Program-made: the position numbers and the translations under genes
Shown: in pieces, positions 1-8,729 of the stretch
Layout: each line of letters begins with the position of its first letter
How positions within the stretch are numbered: position 1 is the stretch's first letter
NCBI GenBank assembly: GCA_050633585.1
Contig: JBOEGT010000036.1
Location: 13,951-77,950 of the forward strand
DNA: 64,000 nucleotides
Direction: 5' to 3'
Origin: Arenicella sp.
Lineage (GTDB): Bacteria; Pseudomonadota; Gammaproteobacteria; Arenicellales; Arenicellaceae
The notes under the pieces: model-generated
Told to the model about the DNA's origin: nothing
The model's input: the letters and a program-made list of their open reading frames with translations, nothing else
The model's database searches: none

Positions 1-2
1 TG

Positions 3-467
3 GAATCAGGAGAGTTAGATGCATTAGAGTGGGTTGGACCATCGCTTGATTTGCGTATGGGTTTTCCAAAGGTTGCTCCATTCTATTACACCGGTTGGCA
101 TGAGCCAGCGACAGAGTTGAACTTTTTGGTGAATGAAAAAGCCTTTTCAGAACTGCCTAAAAAGTATCAACGGATACTCAAAACTGCCATGAAATTGGCG
201 GCGTATGATATGTATGTGCAAGCCTATCATGTCAGTGCTGAAAACTTGGCAACCATTCAAAAGGATTTTCCAAATGTTAAAATTCGCGCTTTTCCAACAA
301 AAGTTTATCGTAAATTGGTAAAGTCCACGAATGAGAAGTTAGATGAAATTGCGGAGTCAGGTGATGACTTAACAAAAGAAATCTTGCAATCCATTCGTAG
401 CTATCAAGAGAAAGCTCGTCTATGGACAAGATTTTCTGATCAAGCTTATACAAACAACGCGTTTTAA
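3..467 (+). CDS. TRAP transporter substrate-binding protein, DctP/TakP family (C-terminal fragment; the 5' end lies outside the window)
   Basis: The reading frame is open from the window edge. Its translation (LDALEWVGPSLDLRMGF...YYTGWHEP) aligns with the C-terminal halves of the four complete DctP paralogs in this window. Confidence 0.7.
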   Translation, partial: ESGELDALEWVGPSLDLRMGFPKVAPFYYTGWHEPATELNFLVNEKAFSELPKKYQRILKTAMKLAAYDMYVQAYHVSAENLATIQKDFPNVKIRAFPTKVYRKLVKSTNEKLDEIAESGDDLTKEILQSIRSYQEKARLWTRFSDQAYTNNAF

Positions 468-608
468 AAATAATAAAAAACACGTGAAAAAATTTCTTTG
501 CGTATAACTACGTATAGATCTACCTAGACTAGCGGATTTTATTTTTCAATGAATCCGCTAGACTATTAACTACCAACAATAAAACCTTCTAATTGAGGAA
601 TATAAATC

Positions 609-1670
609 ATGAAAAAAATGGCAAAAGTAGCTGCGGTTCTTGCAGCGGCAGCCTTCACAAGCAATGCGTTGGCAGCAGACATTACATTGAAGCTGGCTCA
701 TGTATGGCCAAAAGACTTCCCTTACTTTGCAACATCAGTATCGGAATATGCTGATCTCGTTTCTGAATTATCAGACGGGAAAATTGAGATTAAAGTTGAT
801 AGTAAAAACAAACACAAAGCGAATGCTGGTGGTGTTTTTGACTTCGTGAAGTCTGGTCAATACGATATTGGACAATCCGCATCTTACTATTATGGTGGTA
901 AAGATCCAGACACGTTATTTTTCACAACGATGCCATTTGGCATGACAGCGACTGAGCAAACAGCTTGGTTCTATGAAGGCGGTGGTCTTGATCTCGCCAA
1001 CAAAGTCTATGCAAAGCATGGCATGGAAGTGATGCCAGCGGCTAACACTGGCCAACAAATGGGTGGTTGGTTTCGCAAAGAGATTAATAGCGTTGACGAC
1101 TTAAAAGGCCTGAAAATGCGTATCCCTGGTTACGGCGGTAAAGTCATCGCGGGCTTGGGTGCTGTACCAACAAACTTGCCAGCAGGTGAGTTATATCAAG
1201 CACTAGAGCGTGGCACAATTGATGCGCTAGAGTGGGTTGGACCATCTCTTGATTTACGTATGGGCTTCCATAAAGTTGCACCCTACTACTACACAGGTTG
1301 GCATGAGCCTTCAACGGAATTGATGTACTTTTTCAACAAAAAGAAAATGGACTCTTTGCCAAAATGGGCACAATCTATTTTACGTAATGCGGCTAAGTTA
1401 ACGGCTTACTCAGCATCTAGTGAAATGTTTGATGCATCGGCTACTAACTGGGCGTCGATTACAACTGAGTATCCAAATGTGAAAGTAAAAAGTTTCCCAA
1501 CAGAAGTCATTGATGCATTGAAAGCCTCGAATGACAAGTTGATTGCTGAAGCGGCTGCAAAAGGCGGTTTAGCAAAAGAAATCATTGATTCGCAAGCGGC
1601 TTATTTGAAAAAAGCTCGTGCTTGGACAAGTATTGGTGATAAAGCTTACTTGAATTCAATCGCTAAGTAA
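609..1670 (+). CDS. dctP: TRAP transporter substrate-binding protein, DctP/TakP (COG4663-like) family
   Basis: 353 aa with a signal peptide ending in an AxA-type cleavage site. It carries the WPKDFP, MRIPG and EWVGP...YYTGWHEP motifs shared with its paralogs. It is followed by a terminator and then dctQ-dctM. Confidence 0.8.
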   Translation: MKKMAKVAAVLAAAAFTSNALAADITLKLAHVWPKDFPYFATSVSEYADLVSELSDGKIEIKVDSKNKHKANAGGVFDFVKSGQYDIGQSASYYYGGKDPDTLFFTTMPFGMTATEQTAWFYEGGGLDLANKVYAKHGMEVMPAANTGQQMGGWFRKEINSVDDLKGLKMRIPGYGGKVIAGLGAVPTNLPAGELYQALERGTIDALEWVGPSLDLRMGFHKVAPYYYTGWHEPSTELMYFFNKKKMDSLPKWAQSILRNAAKLTAYSASSEMFDASATNWASITTEYPNVKVKSFPTEVIDALKASNDKLIAEAAAKGGLAKEIIDSQAAYLKKARAWTSIGDKAYLNSIAK

Positions 1671-1691
1671 GTTTTAGCGAAGTGTTTACTG

Positions 1692-1726
1692 AAAGGGCGA
1701 AAACATTGTTTTCGCCCTTTTTTTAA
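1692..1726 (+). terminator. rho-independent terminator or attenuator between dctP and dctQM
   Basis: A 13-bp GC-containing stem (AAAGGGCGAAAAC / GTTTTCGCCCTTT) is followed by a T-run of six or more. Confidence 0.7.
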
Positions 1727-1777
1727 AGTCACAAACATATTATTGTAAAAATTTTCAATGAACGACTTAGGTTTATT

Positions 1778-2428
1778 ATGTTATTAAAGTTAGAAAAGGG
1801 GATTAATAAGCTCATGGATTGGGTAGGCATTTTTGCCGGCATTCTATTGATATTGTTAGTCGTTGTGATTGCCTTTAATGTGTTCAATCGTTATTGGTTT
1901 CAAATTGATGGCGTTGGTGTTGGCTTTGAAGAGTTAGGTTGGCATATTTATTCAGCCGTTTTTATGTTGGGTATACCCTTCGCTCTTAGGTCTGGCTCAC
2001 ATGTTCGAGTCGATTTAATCTTTGAAAACTTAACGCCTAAATCACAAGCGATTATTGACTTGGTTGGGTCATTGATTTTTCTCACTCCACTTTGTTTGAT
2101 CGTCATCTGGGGTGGTTGGATTTATGTGATAGAAGCATGGCAACTGGGTTCTCATCCAGATGCATTTTCTGACTTAATACGACAAATCATTACCACGGGT
2201 ATTGGAGAACAAAGCCAAGATCCAGGTGGTTTGTTAAATCGATGGTTTATTAAAGGCTTGATTCCTTTTACTTTCTTATTATTACTCCTAGCAGCAATTT
2301 CTTTCATGATTCACAAAATTAATATTTTATTGAATGTCGAAAAAGCCGATGACAAAGTCGTACATGGGCAGAGCTATATTGATGCGGGTCTAGAAAACGC
2401 ATCGGATACTACAGCAGAGGAGAAATAG
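1778..2428 (+). CDS. dctQ: TRAP transporter small permease, DctQ-like
   Basis: 216 aa and hydrophobic with four predicted TM segments. It sits immediately upstream of, and 2 nt from, a DctM-like gene. Confidence 0.65.
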   Translation: MLLKLEKGINKLMDWVGIFAGILLILLVVVIAFNVFNRYWFQIDGVGVGFEELGWHIYSAVFMLGIPFALRSGSHVRVDLIFENLTPKSQAIIDLVGSLIFLTPLCLIVIWGGWIYVIEAWQLGSHPDAFSDLIRQIITTGIGEQSQDPGGLLNRWFIKGLIPFTFLLLLLAAISFMIHKINILLNVEKADDKVVHGQSYIDAGLENASDTTAEEK

Positions 2429-2430
2429 TC

Positions 2431-3753
2431 ATGATGGGAGTATCAATTTTTATTGTCGCCTTGTTAGTCCTTTTATTTGGATTTCCGGTTGCATTTACCT
2501 TTGCGGGTATTGGCATTATTTTTGTTATCTTCTTTGCCGAAGCAAATCAATTAGTGCAAATTCCACATAGAATTTATGCCAACTTTGGTGATGGCGGTGA
2601 AGGTGTTGTTTTGATGGCAATACCACTTTTCATCTACATGGGCTTAATTCTTCAGCGAACTAAGTTGGCGGAACAATTGCTGGAGTCCATGGGCCGGCTG
2701 TTTGGTTCATTGCGAGGCGGTGTGGCGATTTCAACCGTATTAGTCGGTGCTCTTTTAGCGGCATCAACGGGTGTGGTTGGCGCTAGCGTAGTGGCAATGG
2801 GGTTAATTTCCTTGCCTGTTATGCTCAGATACGGCTATAGCAAAGAACTCGCGACAGGGACTATTTGCGCGGCTGGAACACTTGGACAAATTATTCCACC
2901 GTCAATTGTGTTAATCATCTTAGGTGATGTATTGAGTGTGCCTGTTGGCGATTTATTCCGCGCTGCTATTGTGCCGGGTTTAATTTTGATTGGTTGTTAT
3001 ATCACCTATATTTTACTTTTTTGCATCATAAAGCCTGATTCTGCGCCACCTGTTCCGTTGGAAGATGATAGCGTCTCTAAGACGAAGGTTATCCTTGATG
3101 CATTAGTCGCTGTAGTGCCGCCATTATTATTAATTTTGGTCGTATTAGGGTCTATTTTTTCAGGCTTTGCTACGCCGACAGAGTCTTCTGCCTTAGGGTG
3201 TATTGGCGCCGTTGTGTTGGCAATTGCTTATCGAAAATTTTCATTCTCAATGTTTTGGGAAGGGTCTTTAGAGACAGTCAAAATCACGGCTATGGTATTT
3301 GCTGTGTTGCTTGGCGCATCAATTTTTTCAATGGGTTTTGCATACACTGGTGGTGAGGAAGAGGTTGAAAAGTTATTACTGAGTATTCCGGGTGAGAAAT
3401 GGGGATTTTTGATTTTCGTGATGTTACTCATCATGGTGTTAGGTTTTTTCTTAGACTACATTGAAATTTCATATATTGTATTACCTTTGGTGTATGTCGT
3501 TGTCGAAGAACTAGGCATCAATGTTGTATGGTTTGCTATTCTGGTTGCAATGAACTTACAAACATCATTCCTGACACCACCATTTGGGTTTGCCCTCTTT
3601 TATTTAAAAGGAGTGGCTCCAGATAATGTGAGGACAGCGGATATTTATCGTGGTGTACTACCCTTTATTATGATTCAGTTCACTGTAGTGCTAGCGATTC
3701 TATTCTTCCCAGAATGGTTTGGCCTAACATCTGAAGCCGCTAAATTATGGTAA
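2431..3753 (+). CDS. dctM: TRAP transporter large permease, DctM
   Basis: 440-aa polytopic membrane protein. It shares about 50% identity by eye with the second DctM at 8726..10117, including the LGQIIPPSI and TSFLTPPFGFALFYLKGVAP motifs. Confidence 0.8.
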   Translation: MMGVSIFIVALLVLLFGFPVAFTFAGIGIIFVIFFAEANQLVQIPHRIYANFGDGGEGVVLMAIPLFIYMGLILQRTKLAEQLLESMGRLFGSLRGGVAISTVLVGALLAASTGVVGASVVAMGLISLPVMLRYGYSKELATGTICAAGTLGQIIPPSIVLIILGDVLSVPVGDLFRAAIVPGLILIGCYITYILLFCIIKPDSAPPVPLEDDSVSKTKVILDALVAVVPPLLLILVVLGSIFSGFATPTESSALGCIGAVVLAIAYRKFSFSMFWEGSLETVKITAMVFAVLLGASIFSMGFAYTGGEEEVEKLLLSIPGEKWGFLIFVMLLIMVLGFFLDYIEISYIVLPLVYVVVEELGINVVWFAILVAMNLQTSFLTPPFGFALFYLKGVAPDNVRTADIYRGVLPFIMIQFTVVLAILFFPEWFGLTSEAAKLW

Positions 3754-3823
3754 CGCCTATTGGGTCGGTGTCAGTTGTGTAGAAAATACAGTTGGCTAGT
3801 GCATCTTTAGCCAATGTTATACT

Positions 3824-3858
3824 GAAGGCGTCTTCATTTTCAATGAAGGCGCTTTTTT
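3824..3858 (+). terminator. rho-independent terminator after dctM
   Basis: An imperfect 11-bp stem (GCGTCTTCATT / AATGAAGGCGC) is followed by TTTTTT. Confidence 0.55.
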
Positions 3859-3892
3859 GTTTGTACGGTTTAATCGATCGAGGTGTTAAGCA

Positions 3893-5287
3893 ATGAAATT
3901 TAATCAAAAAGTTTTTCTGCTAGCAGTATTGCCAATGTTAGCGGCAATGCTATTCACAATTCTGTTAGTCAATGTTGAAACACGGCAATTGTCGAATAAA
4001 CAAGCATTCGAGCTCAAGCAAGCGCTACTAGATATTCGGAAAAATGAGTTAGTTAACTATACGAATTTGGCATTTTCAGCCATTGACCATATTTATAGTT
4101 CGCCAGAAATTGATGAAGGTTTTGCTAAAGAACGTGTGAAAGAAATTCTGACCAATCTTGAATATGCTCAAGATGGTTATTTCTATGCTTATACAGATAC
4201 AGGGACGAATGTTGTGCACCCAAAACAACCCTACCGTTTAGGAGAAAATTATTGGGATTTAACAGATCCTGAGGGCAAGCCAGTGATTCGCGAATTAATT
4301 CAACAGGCTCAAGGCGGTGGTGGATATACTGAATATATTTGGGATAAACCCTCGTTGGGAGCAACGGCCAAAAAATTAGGTTACTCCAGATTGTTAGATA
4401 ATTGGGGATGGATGGTCGGCACCGGCATGTATATTGATGACCTGGATAATCAAGTGATGACGATGCAATCTTCTATGGATAAACATATCAAACAAACCAG
4501 TTTTGTTATTTTAGCCATTGCATTAATTTCCGCTGCATTAATATTTATTTCTAATTTAGCGCTTCAGGTAAATGAACGAAAATTAGCAGACAATAAACTC
4601 CAAGAATTGACGAAGCGAGTTTTGAACACTCAAGATGAAGAGCGGCGACGAGTGTCACGTGAATTGCACGATGGTATATCTCAATCATTGGTAGCGATTA
4701 AGTACTCTCTTGAAGAAGCGGCATCCTTATTTGAGAAAAAAGACTCAGAACATGCGCGTTTAGTCGAACAAAGTAATCACTATTTAGAGACGACAATGCA
4801 AGAAGTTAGACGCATATCTCGTGATTTACACCCTAGCGTTTTAGACGACTTTGGTTTGATGGCCGCTGTCGATAGCATGGTTGAAGAGTTTAAAAAGCGC
4901 TGTGATATCGATGTGAACTTAAAGAAACTCAAGGTTCGTAACTTGTTGCCTCAAGATGCGAAAACCGCATTGTATCGTGTGACGCAAGAAGCCTTAACAA
5001 ATATTGAAAGGCATGCCGGAGCAAGTAAGGTCGACATTGAATTTAAAATGCGTGGTAAATGGTTTCAAGTGAGCATTGCGGATGATGGCGTTGGATTTGA
5101 TGTACACGGTAAGCGATTTAAAAAAATGCCAGAAGTAGGCATTGGTTTGAGGAATATGTCTGAGCGTTTGGGGTACTTTAAAGGGTCATTTGATATTAAA
5201 TCGACAGAGAACGGCACTGTGATTGTGGCAGCTATTCCTAGAAACTTAATTATGCAACCAACGCTGAATCAAACGGAGGAAGTATGA
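3893..5287 (+). CDS. sensor histidine kinase: periplasmic single-Cache domain, HisKA_3 (NarX/UhpB-type) and HATPase_c
   Basis: 464 aa. Two TM segments flank a periplasmic Cache-like domain (YAYTDTG...HP...G.NYWD). The H-box ELHDGISQSL and G-box DDGVGF are present. The gene overlaps the downstream response regulator by 4 nt. Confidence 0.75.
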   Translation: MKFNQKVFLLAVLPMLAAMLFTILLVNVETRQLSNKQAFELKQALLDIRKNELVNYTNLAFSAIDHIYSSPEIDEGFAKERVKEILTNLEYAQDGYFYAYTDTGTNVVHPKQPYRLGENYWDLTDPEGKPVIRELIQQAQGGGGYTEYIWDKPSLGATAKKLGYSRLLDNWGWMVGTGMYIDDLDNQVMTMQSSMDKHIKQTSFVILAIALISAALIFISNLALQVNERKLADNKLQELTKRVLNTQDEERRRVSRELHDGISQSLVAIKYSLEEAASLFEKKDSEHARLVEQSNHYLETTMQEVRRISRDLHPSVLDDFGLMAAVDSMVEEFKKRCDIDVNLKKLKVRNLLPQDAKTALYRVTQEALTNIERHAGASKVDIEFKMRGKWFQVSIADDGVGFDVHGKRFKKMPEVGIGLRNMSERLGYFKGSFDIKSTENGTVIVAAIPRNLIMQPTLNQTEEV

Positions 5288-5922
5288 ACACTGAAAAAAG
5301 TAAGATAACACTGGTGATTGTAGATGATCACCCCTTGGTCTTAGATGGGCTTGTCTCGCGTTTGGAACGTTCTGAACAAGTTGAAGTGATTGGTCAAGCA
5401 AGTAATGGGCAAGAGGCTATTCAACTGGTAGAGAAATTGATGCCTGATGTGGTGTTAATGGATATCAATATGCCTGTGATGAATGGCATCGATGCGGCTG
5501 AGATTTTTAAAGAACGATTTACAGCAGTTAAGTTATTGGTTTTGAGTATGCACGATGATCGCGAGTATGTGATGAACATGGCACGAGCGGGTGCCAAAGG
5601 ATATGTGTTAAAGAGTGCGTCAGCGGATGAGATGCTCATGGCGATCAAAGCCGTCCATATGGGAGGCGTGTACTTCAGCCCCAGTATTGCGGAAATTCTC
5701 ACGTCAAAAGAGAATAATATTCACGACGATACCCTAAGCTCGCGTGAACAAGTGGTGTTGAAATTACTTGCGAGTGGTATGAGCAATAAGGAAATGGCCA
5801 GAGAATTAGATATTAGTGTTCGAACCGTTGAAACGCACCGTCGTAATATAAAAAATAAACTTGAAATTTCAACGACCCCAGGCCTGGTCAGATATGCTAT
5901 TGACCATGGCTTAAGTGACTAA
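5284..5922 (+). CDS. response regulator, NarL/FixJ family (REC plus LuxR-type HTH)
   Basis: 212 aa. The receiver domain carries the VVLMDINMP phospho-acceptor region, and the C-terminus has a LuxR HTH (LSSREQVVLKLLASGMSNKEMARELDISVRTVETHR). Confidence 0.8.
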   Translation: MNTEKSKITLVIVDDHPLVLDGLVSRLERSEQVEVIGQASNGQEAIQLVEKLMPDVVLMDINMPVMNGIDAAEIFKERFTAVKLLVLSMHDDREYVMNMARAGAKGYVLKSASADEMLMAIKAVHMGGVYFSPSIAEILTSKENNIHDDTLSSREQVVLKLLASGMSNKEMARELDISVRTVETHRRNIKNKLEISTTPGLVRYAIDHGLSD

Positions 5923-5923
5923 T

Positions 5924-6748
5924 TTATTGATTTTCTTTTTCTAATAACGATGCCATTTCATTACTAATCGATTCTAGATTTTCTCCTCGCAGTAGGTCTT
6001 CGCTATTATGAGACTCCTCGTAGCGTAATTCAGCGATTCGTTTTTCAATCCCAGCAATATGTTTCTTCATTCTTTCACGAGCAAGAATCGGGTCTTTATT
6101 GAGGATTGCTTCCATGATTCCGCCATGTTCTTTGGGTAAGCGAACATGACGGTTTTCGGTGGATTCGTGGAAATAACTGCTCACACTCACTTCCAGTACG
6201 TTCAGCAAATTGCGCATTAAATGCACGATAGCAGGGTTGTTCGAGGCTTCGGCAATGGCCATATGAAATGCAACATCGGCTTTTGCTTCTTTCTCTGGCA
6301 CGCCATCATTATGCGTTTCCAGTAATTTTTCAAACGATAGTTTAATGTTTTCTCGTTGAGCGTTAGTGGCACGTTTAGCGGCAAAATAGGCAGAAAGTGC
6401 TTCTACGGCAAAACGCAGTTCTAAGATATCAAAAGAAGCATTTCGATCATTCGCAAATAACTCAAGCAAAGGATCTGCAAAAGAAGCACCTATTTCGTCA
6501 GTGATGTAGTTCCCACCGCCAGGAACTTTACGAACGATGCCTTTGGCCTGAAGTTTATTGATTGCTTCACGAATCGATGGGCGGGATACATTAAATTGCT
6601 CGGCCAATTCTCGTTCGGGCGGTAATTTATTACCGGCCAATAACTCTCCAGATACGATACGTTGTTGAATTGCTTCAGCAACAGTGTCTGAAATGGAGGT
6701 GGATTTAACTTCTTGAAATTTCATAAACCTTGGAGCATTAAAAGGCAA
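5924..6748 (-). CDS. GntR/FadR-family transcriptional regulator (wHTH plus FCD domain); candidate LutR-like regulator
   Basis: The N-terminal GntR HTH (KLPPERELAEQFNVSRPSIREAINKLQAKGIV) is followed by an FCD-type all-helical C-terminus. The start may be the internal Met at 6724, which has an AAGG Shine-Dalgarno sequence. It is divergent from dctP at 6969. Confidence 0.75.
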   Translation of the reverse strand: MPFNAPRFMKFQEVKSTSISDTVAEAIQQRIVSGELLAGNKLPPERELAEQFNVSRPSIREAINKLQAKGIVRKVPGGGNYITDEIGASFADPLLELFANDRNASFDILELRFAVEALSAYFAAKRATNAQRENIKLSFEKLLETHNDGVPEKEAKADVAFHMAIAEASNNPAIVHLMRNLLNVLEVSVSSYFHESTENRHVRLPKEHGGIMEAILNKDPILARERMKKHIAGIEKRIAELRYEESHNSEDLLRGENLESISNEMASLLEKENQ

Positions 6749-6763
6749 CTTTATTGTTTTTTA

Positions 6764-6787
6764 TTATAAATGACGCGTCATTTATAA
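6764..6787. promoter_or_regulatory. perfect 24-bp palindrome TTATAAATGACGCGTCATTTATAA
   Basis: I read this directly from the sequence. It lies just upstream of, or overlaps, the GntR start region in the divergent intergenic region. Confidence 0.5.
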
Positions 6788-6836
6788 GTGGTCAAACATA
6801 ATTTTAACATGGCAATTTTGAATTCTAATATAAAAT

Positions 6837-6851
6837 ATTGGTATTACCAAT
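6837..6851. promoter_or_regulatory. FadR/GntR-type operator-like palindrome ATTGGTATTACCAAT (copy 1)
   Basis: A 7-1-7 inverted repeat with a TGGTA-N-TACCA core. The identical 15-mer recurs at 25909..25923. Confidence 0.5.
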
Positions 6852-6876
6852 ATACCTGTGATACCCTCCTGCCACT

Positions 6877-6891
6877 ATTGGTAATACCAAT
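6877..6891. promoter_or_regulatory. FadR/GntR-type operator-like palindrome ATTGGTAATACCAAT (copy 2)
   Basis: Same motif as copy 1 with a different centre base. It lies 40 bp downstream of copy 1 and upstream of dctP at 6969. Confidence 0.5.
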
Positions 6892-6968
6892 AAACCATTA
6901 TTCAGAAATTAGACGTTTGATGGCTAAATTAACAATAAATACATAGCCAAATATTCCGGAGGAAATTC

Positions 6969-8036
6969 ATGAAATCATTTTTAATCAAGTCTGCTGCAGT
7001 TGCAGGTTTAACCGCGATCGCAGTAGGAATGTCGACACCAGCACTAGCAAAAGATAAACCTGTACTGTTGAAAATGCCCATTTACTACGGCTCTCACCTA
7101 CCTGGTTTAGGTTCCACGGCAAAATACGTTGCTGATAGAGCGTCTTTGCTAAGTGGTGGAGATGTCAAAATTAAATTATACGAACCGAAGAAATTAATTG
7201 GTTCAAAAGAAATTTTAGATGCAGTTTCAACCGGTAAAGTTCAGGCGGGCTTTGATACACCAGGGAATTGGGGAGGCAAAATGCCGGCGGCACGATTATT
7301 TTCTGCCGTTCCTTTTGGGCCAGAGGCACCAGAATACTTAGCGTGGCTAATGTATGGAAACGGTGGGAAATTACACCAAGAATTGTATGACAATTCAGGC
7401 TATAACGTGAAAACATTGACGTGCGGCATCATTGCCCCTGAAACCTCAGGCTGGTTCAAAAAAGAGATTAAAAGCCCAGAAGACTTAAAAGGCTTAAAAA
7501 TGCGTTTCTTTGGCTTAGGTGCTGAAGTGATGGAAAAATTAGGCGTGAGTACGGTTGGCCTTCCGGGCGGTGAAATTTTCCCAGCATTGGAAAAAGGAGC
7601 GATTGATGCAACAGAATTTTCAATGCCTGCCATCGATAAACGTATTGGTGTTAGTAAAATTGCAAAATACAACTACTATCCAGGTTGGCATCAGCAAGCA
7701 ACTGTTTTTGAACTCATTGTGAACAAAGACACCTGGAACGGGATGAGTGAGCGCCAACAAGCGATTGTGACAGAGCTTTGTCGTGCAGCGACCTTAGATT
7801 CATTAGCATTGGGTGAAGCTATTCAACCTCCCGTTATGGCGGAAAATGAAGCCAATGGTGTGAAAAATTTGTATTGGTCTGAAGATATGTTGGACACGTT
7901 TAAAGCAAAATGGGATGAAGTCGTGGTTGAACAAAAAGCAGCTGATCCAGCATTTGCAAAAATTTGGGCTGATTTAGAGGCATTCCGTAATAGCTATGCG
8001 CTATGGGAAAAGAATGCATTCTTGCCTCGCAAGTAA
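6969..8036 (+). CDS. dctP: TRAP transporter substrate-binding protein, DctP/TakP family
   Basis: 355 aa with a signal peptide (ALA-KD). Paralog motifs are present (MRFFGLGAEV, YYPGWHQQ). It is followed by an attenuator hairpin and dctQM. Confidence 0.8.
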   Translation: MKSFLIKSAAVAGLTAIAVGMSTPALAKDKPVLLKMPIYYGSHLPGLGSTAKYVADRASLLSGGDVKIKLYEPKKLIGSKEILDAVSTGKVQAGFDTPGNWGGKMPAARLFSAVPFGPEAPEYLAWLMYGNGGKLHQELYDNSGYNVKTLTCGIIAPETSGWFKKEIKSPEDLKGLKMRFFGLGAEVMEKLGVSTVGLPGGEIFPALEKGAIDATEFSMPAIDKRIGVSKIAKYNYYPGWHQQATVFELIVNKDTWNGMSERQQAIVTELCRAATLDSLALGEAIQPPVMAENEANGVKNLYWSEDMLDTFKAKWDEVVVEQKAADPAFAKIWADLEAFRNSYALWEKNAFLPRK

Positions 8037-8085
8037 AGCTTCGTCACTTTTACGTTCTACTTTTTAATAAGTAAATATTGCGTTT

Positions 8086-8118
8086 CAAGGATAGAAGGTT
8101 TTCCTTCTATCCTTGTTT
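8086..8118 (+). terminator. intra-operon hairpin or attenuator between dctP and dctQ
   Basis: A perfect 13-bp stem (CAAGGATAGAAGG / CCTTCTATCCTTG) with a TTTT loop is followed by TTTCAC. The T-tract is weak. Confidence 0.5.
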
Positions 8119-8153
8119 CACGCTTAATTTATTTGATTGAATAGGAAAAAACC

Positions 8154-8729
8154 ATGTCTTCAGGTTACCAATCTCTCGATCCAATACCTCCTGTGAGTGA
8201 TACTTCATTAGCGAAGTTCACCTTTGTTTTGGATAAAATTATTCATTTATCAGCACGCATTTTTTGTTGGTGTTACGTCTTATTAATAGCGGCTATTTTA
8301 ATCAATGTTGTTCTACGTTATGGCTTTAATAATGGCCTTATTGTTTTCGAAGAAATTCAGTGGCATTTATATGCTTTAGGCATGATGTTTGGTTTGTCAT
8401 ATGCCGAAATTACCAACAGCCAAGTCAGAGTCGACGTCGTTGCAGACAAGCTAACACGGCGCACTGTCCGGAAATGGGAAATTTTTGGCGCTTTGTTTTT
8501 TGTTTTACCATTTATCTTCGTTGTTCTATTTAACAGTATTGATTATGTGGCTGATTCATATCGGGTGAGTGAATCTTCCAATTCACCGCTTGGCTTGCCT
8601 TATCGTTGGGCCATTAAAGCTGTCATTCCAGCTAGCTTTGTTCTACTAGCAATTGCTGTTGTATCAAGGTTGCTGCATAACATTGATGCACTGATGACAC
8701 ACCAAGATCAGGTTAAAGGAGGTGAGTGA
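8154..8729 (+). CDS. dctQ: TRAP transporter small permease, DctQ
   Basis: 191 aa with four TM segments. It overlaps the downstream dctM by 4 nt. Confidence 0.7.
   Translation: MSSGYQSLDPIPPVSDTSLAKFTFVLDKIIHLSARIFCWCYVLLIAAILINVVLRYGFNNGLIVFEEIQWHLYALGMMFGLSYAEITNSQVRVDVVADKLTRRTVRKWEIFGALFFVLPFIFVVLFNSIDYVADSYRVSESSNSPLGLPYRWAIKAVIPASFVLLAIAVVSRLLHNIDALMTHQDQVKGGE

Noticed and set aside
277-483. Small ORFs of 60-105 aa on the opposite strand inside larger genes. Examples are 277..483, 3228..3434, 4125..4364, 5421..5702, 7171..7672, 11248..11684, 18364..18681, 28469..29125, 38764..39012 and 59129..59338.
   Set aside because: They lie entirely within well-supported longer CDSs on the other strand. 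They have no RBS or family resemblance and their composition is typical of antisense frames. I treat them as spurious.
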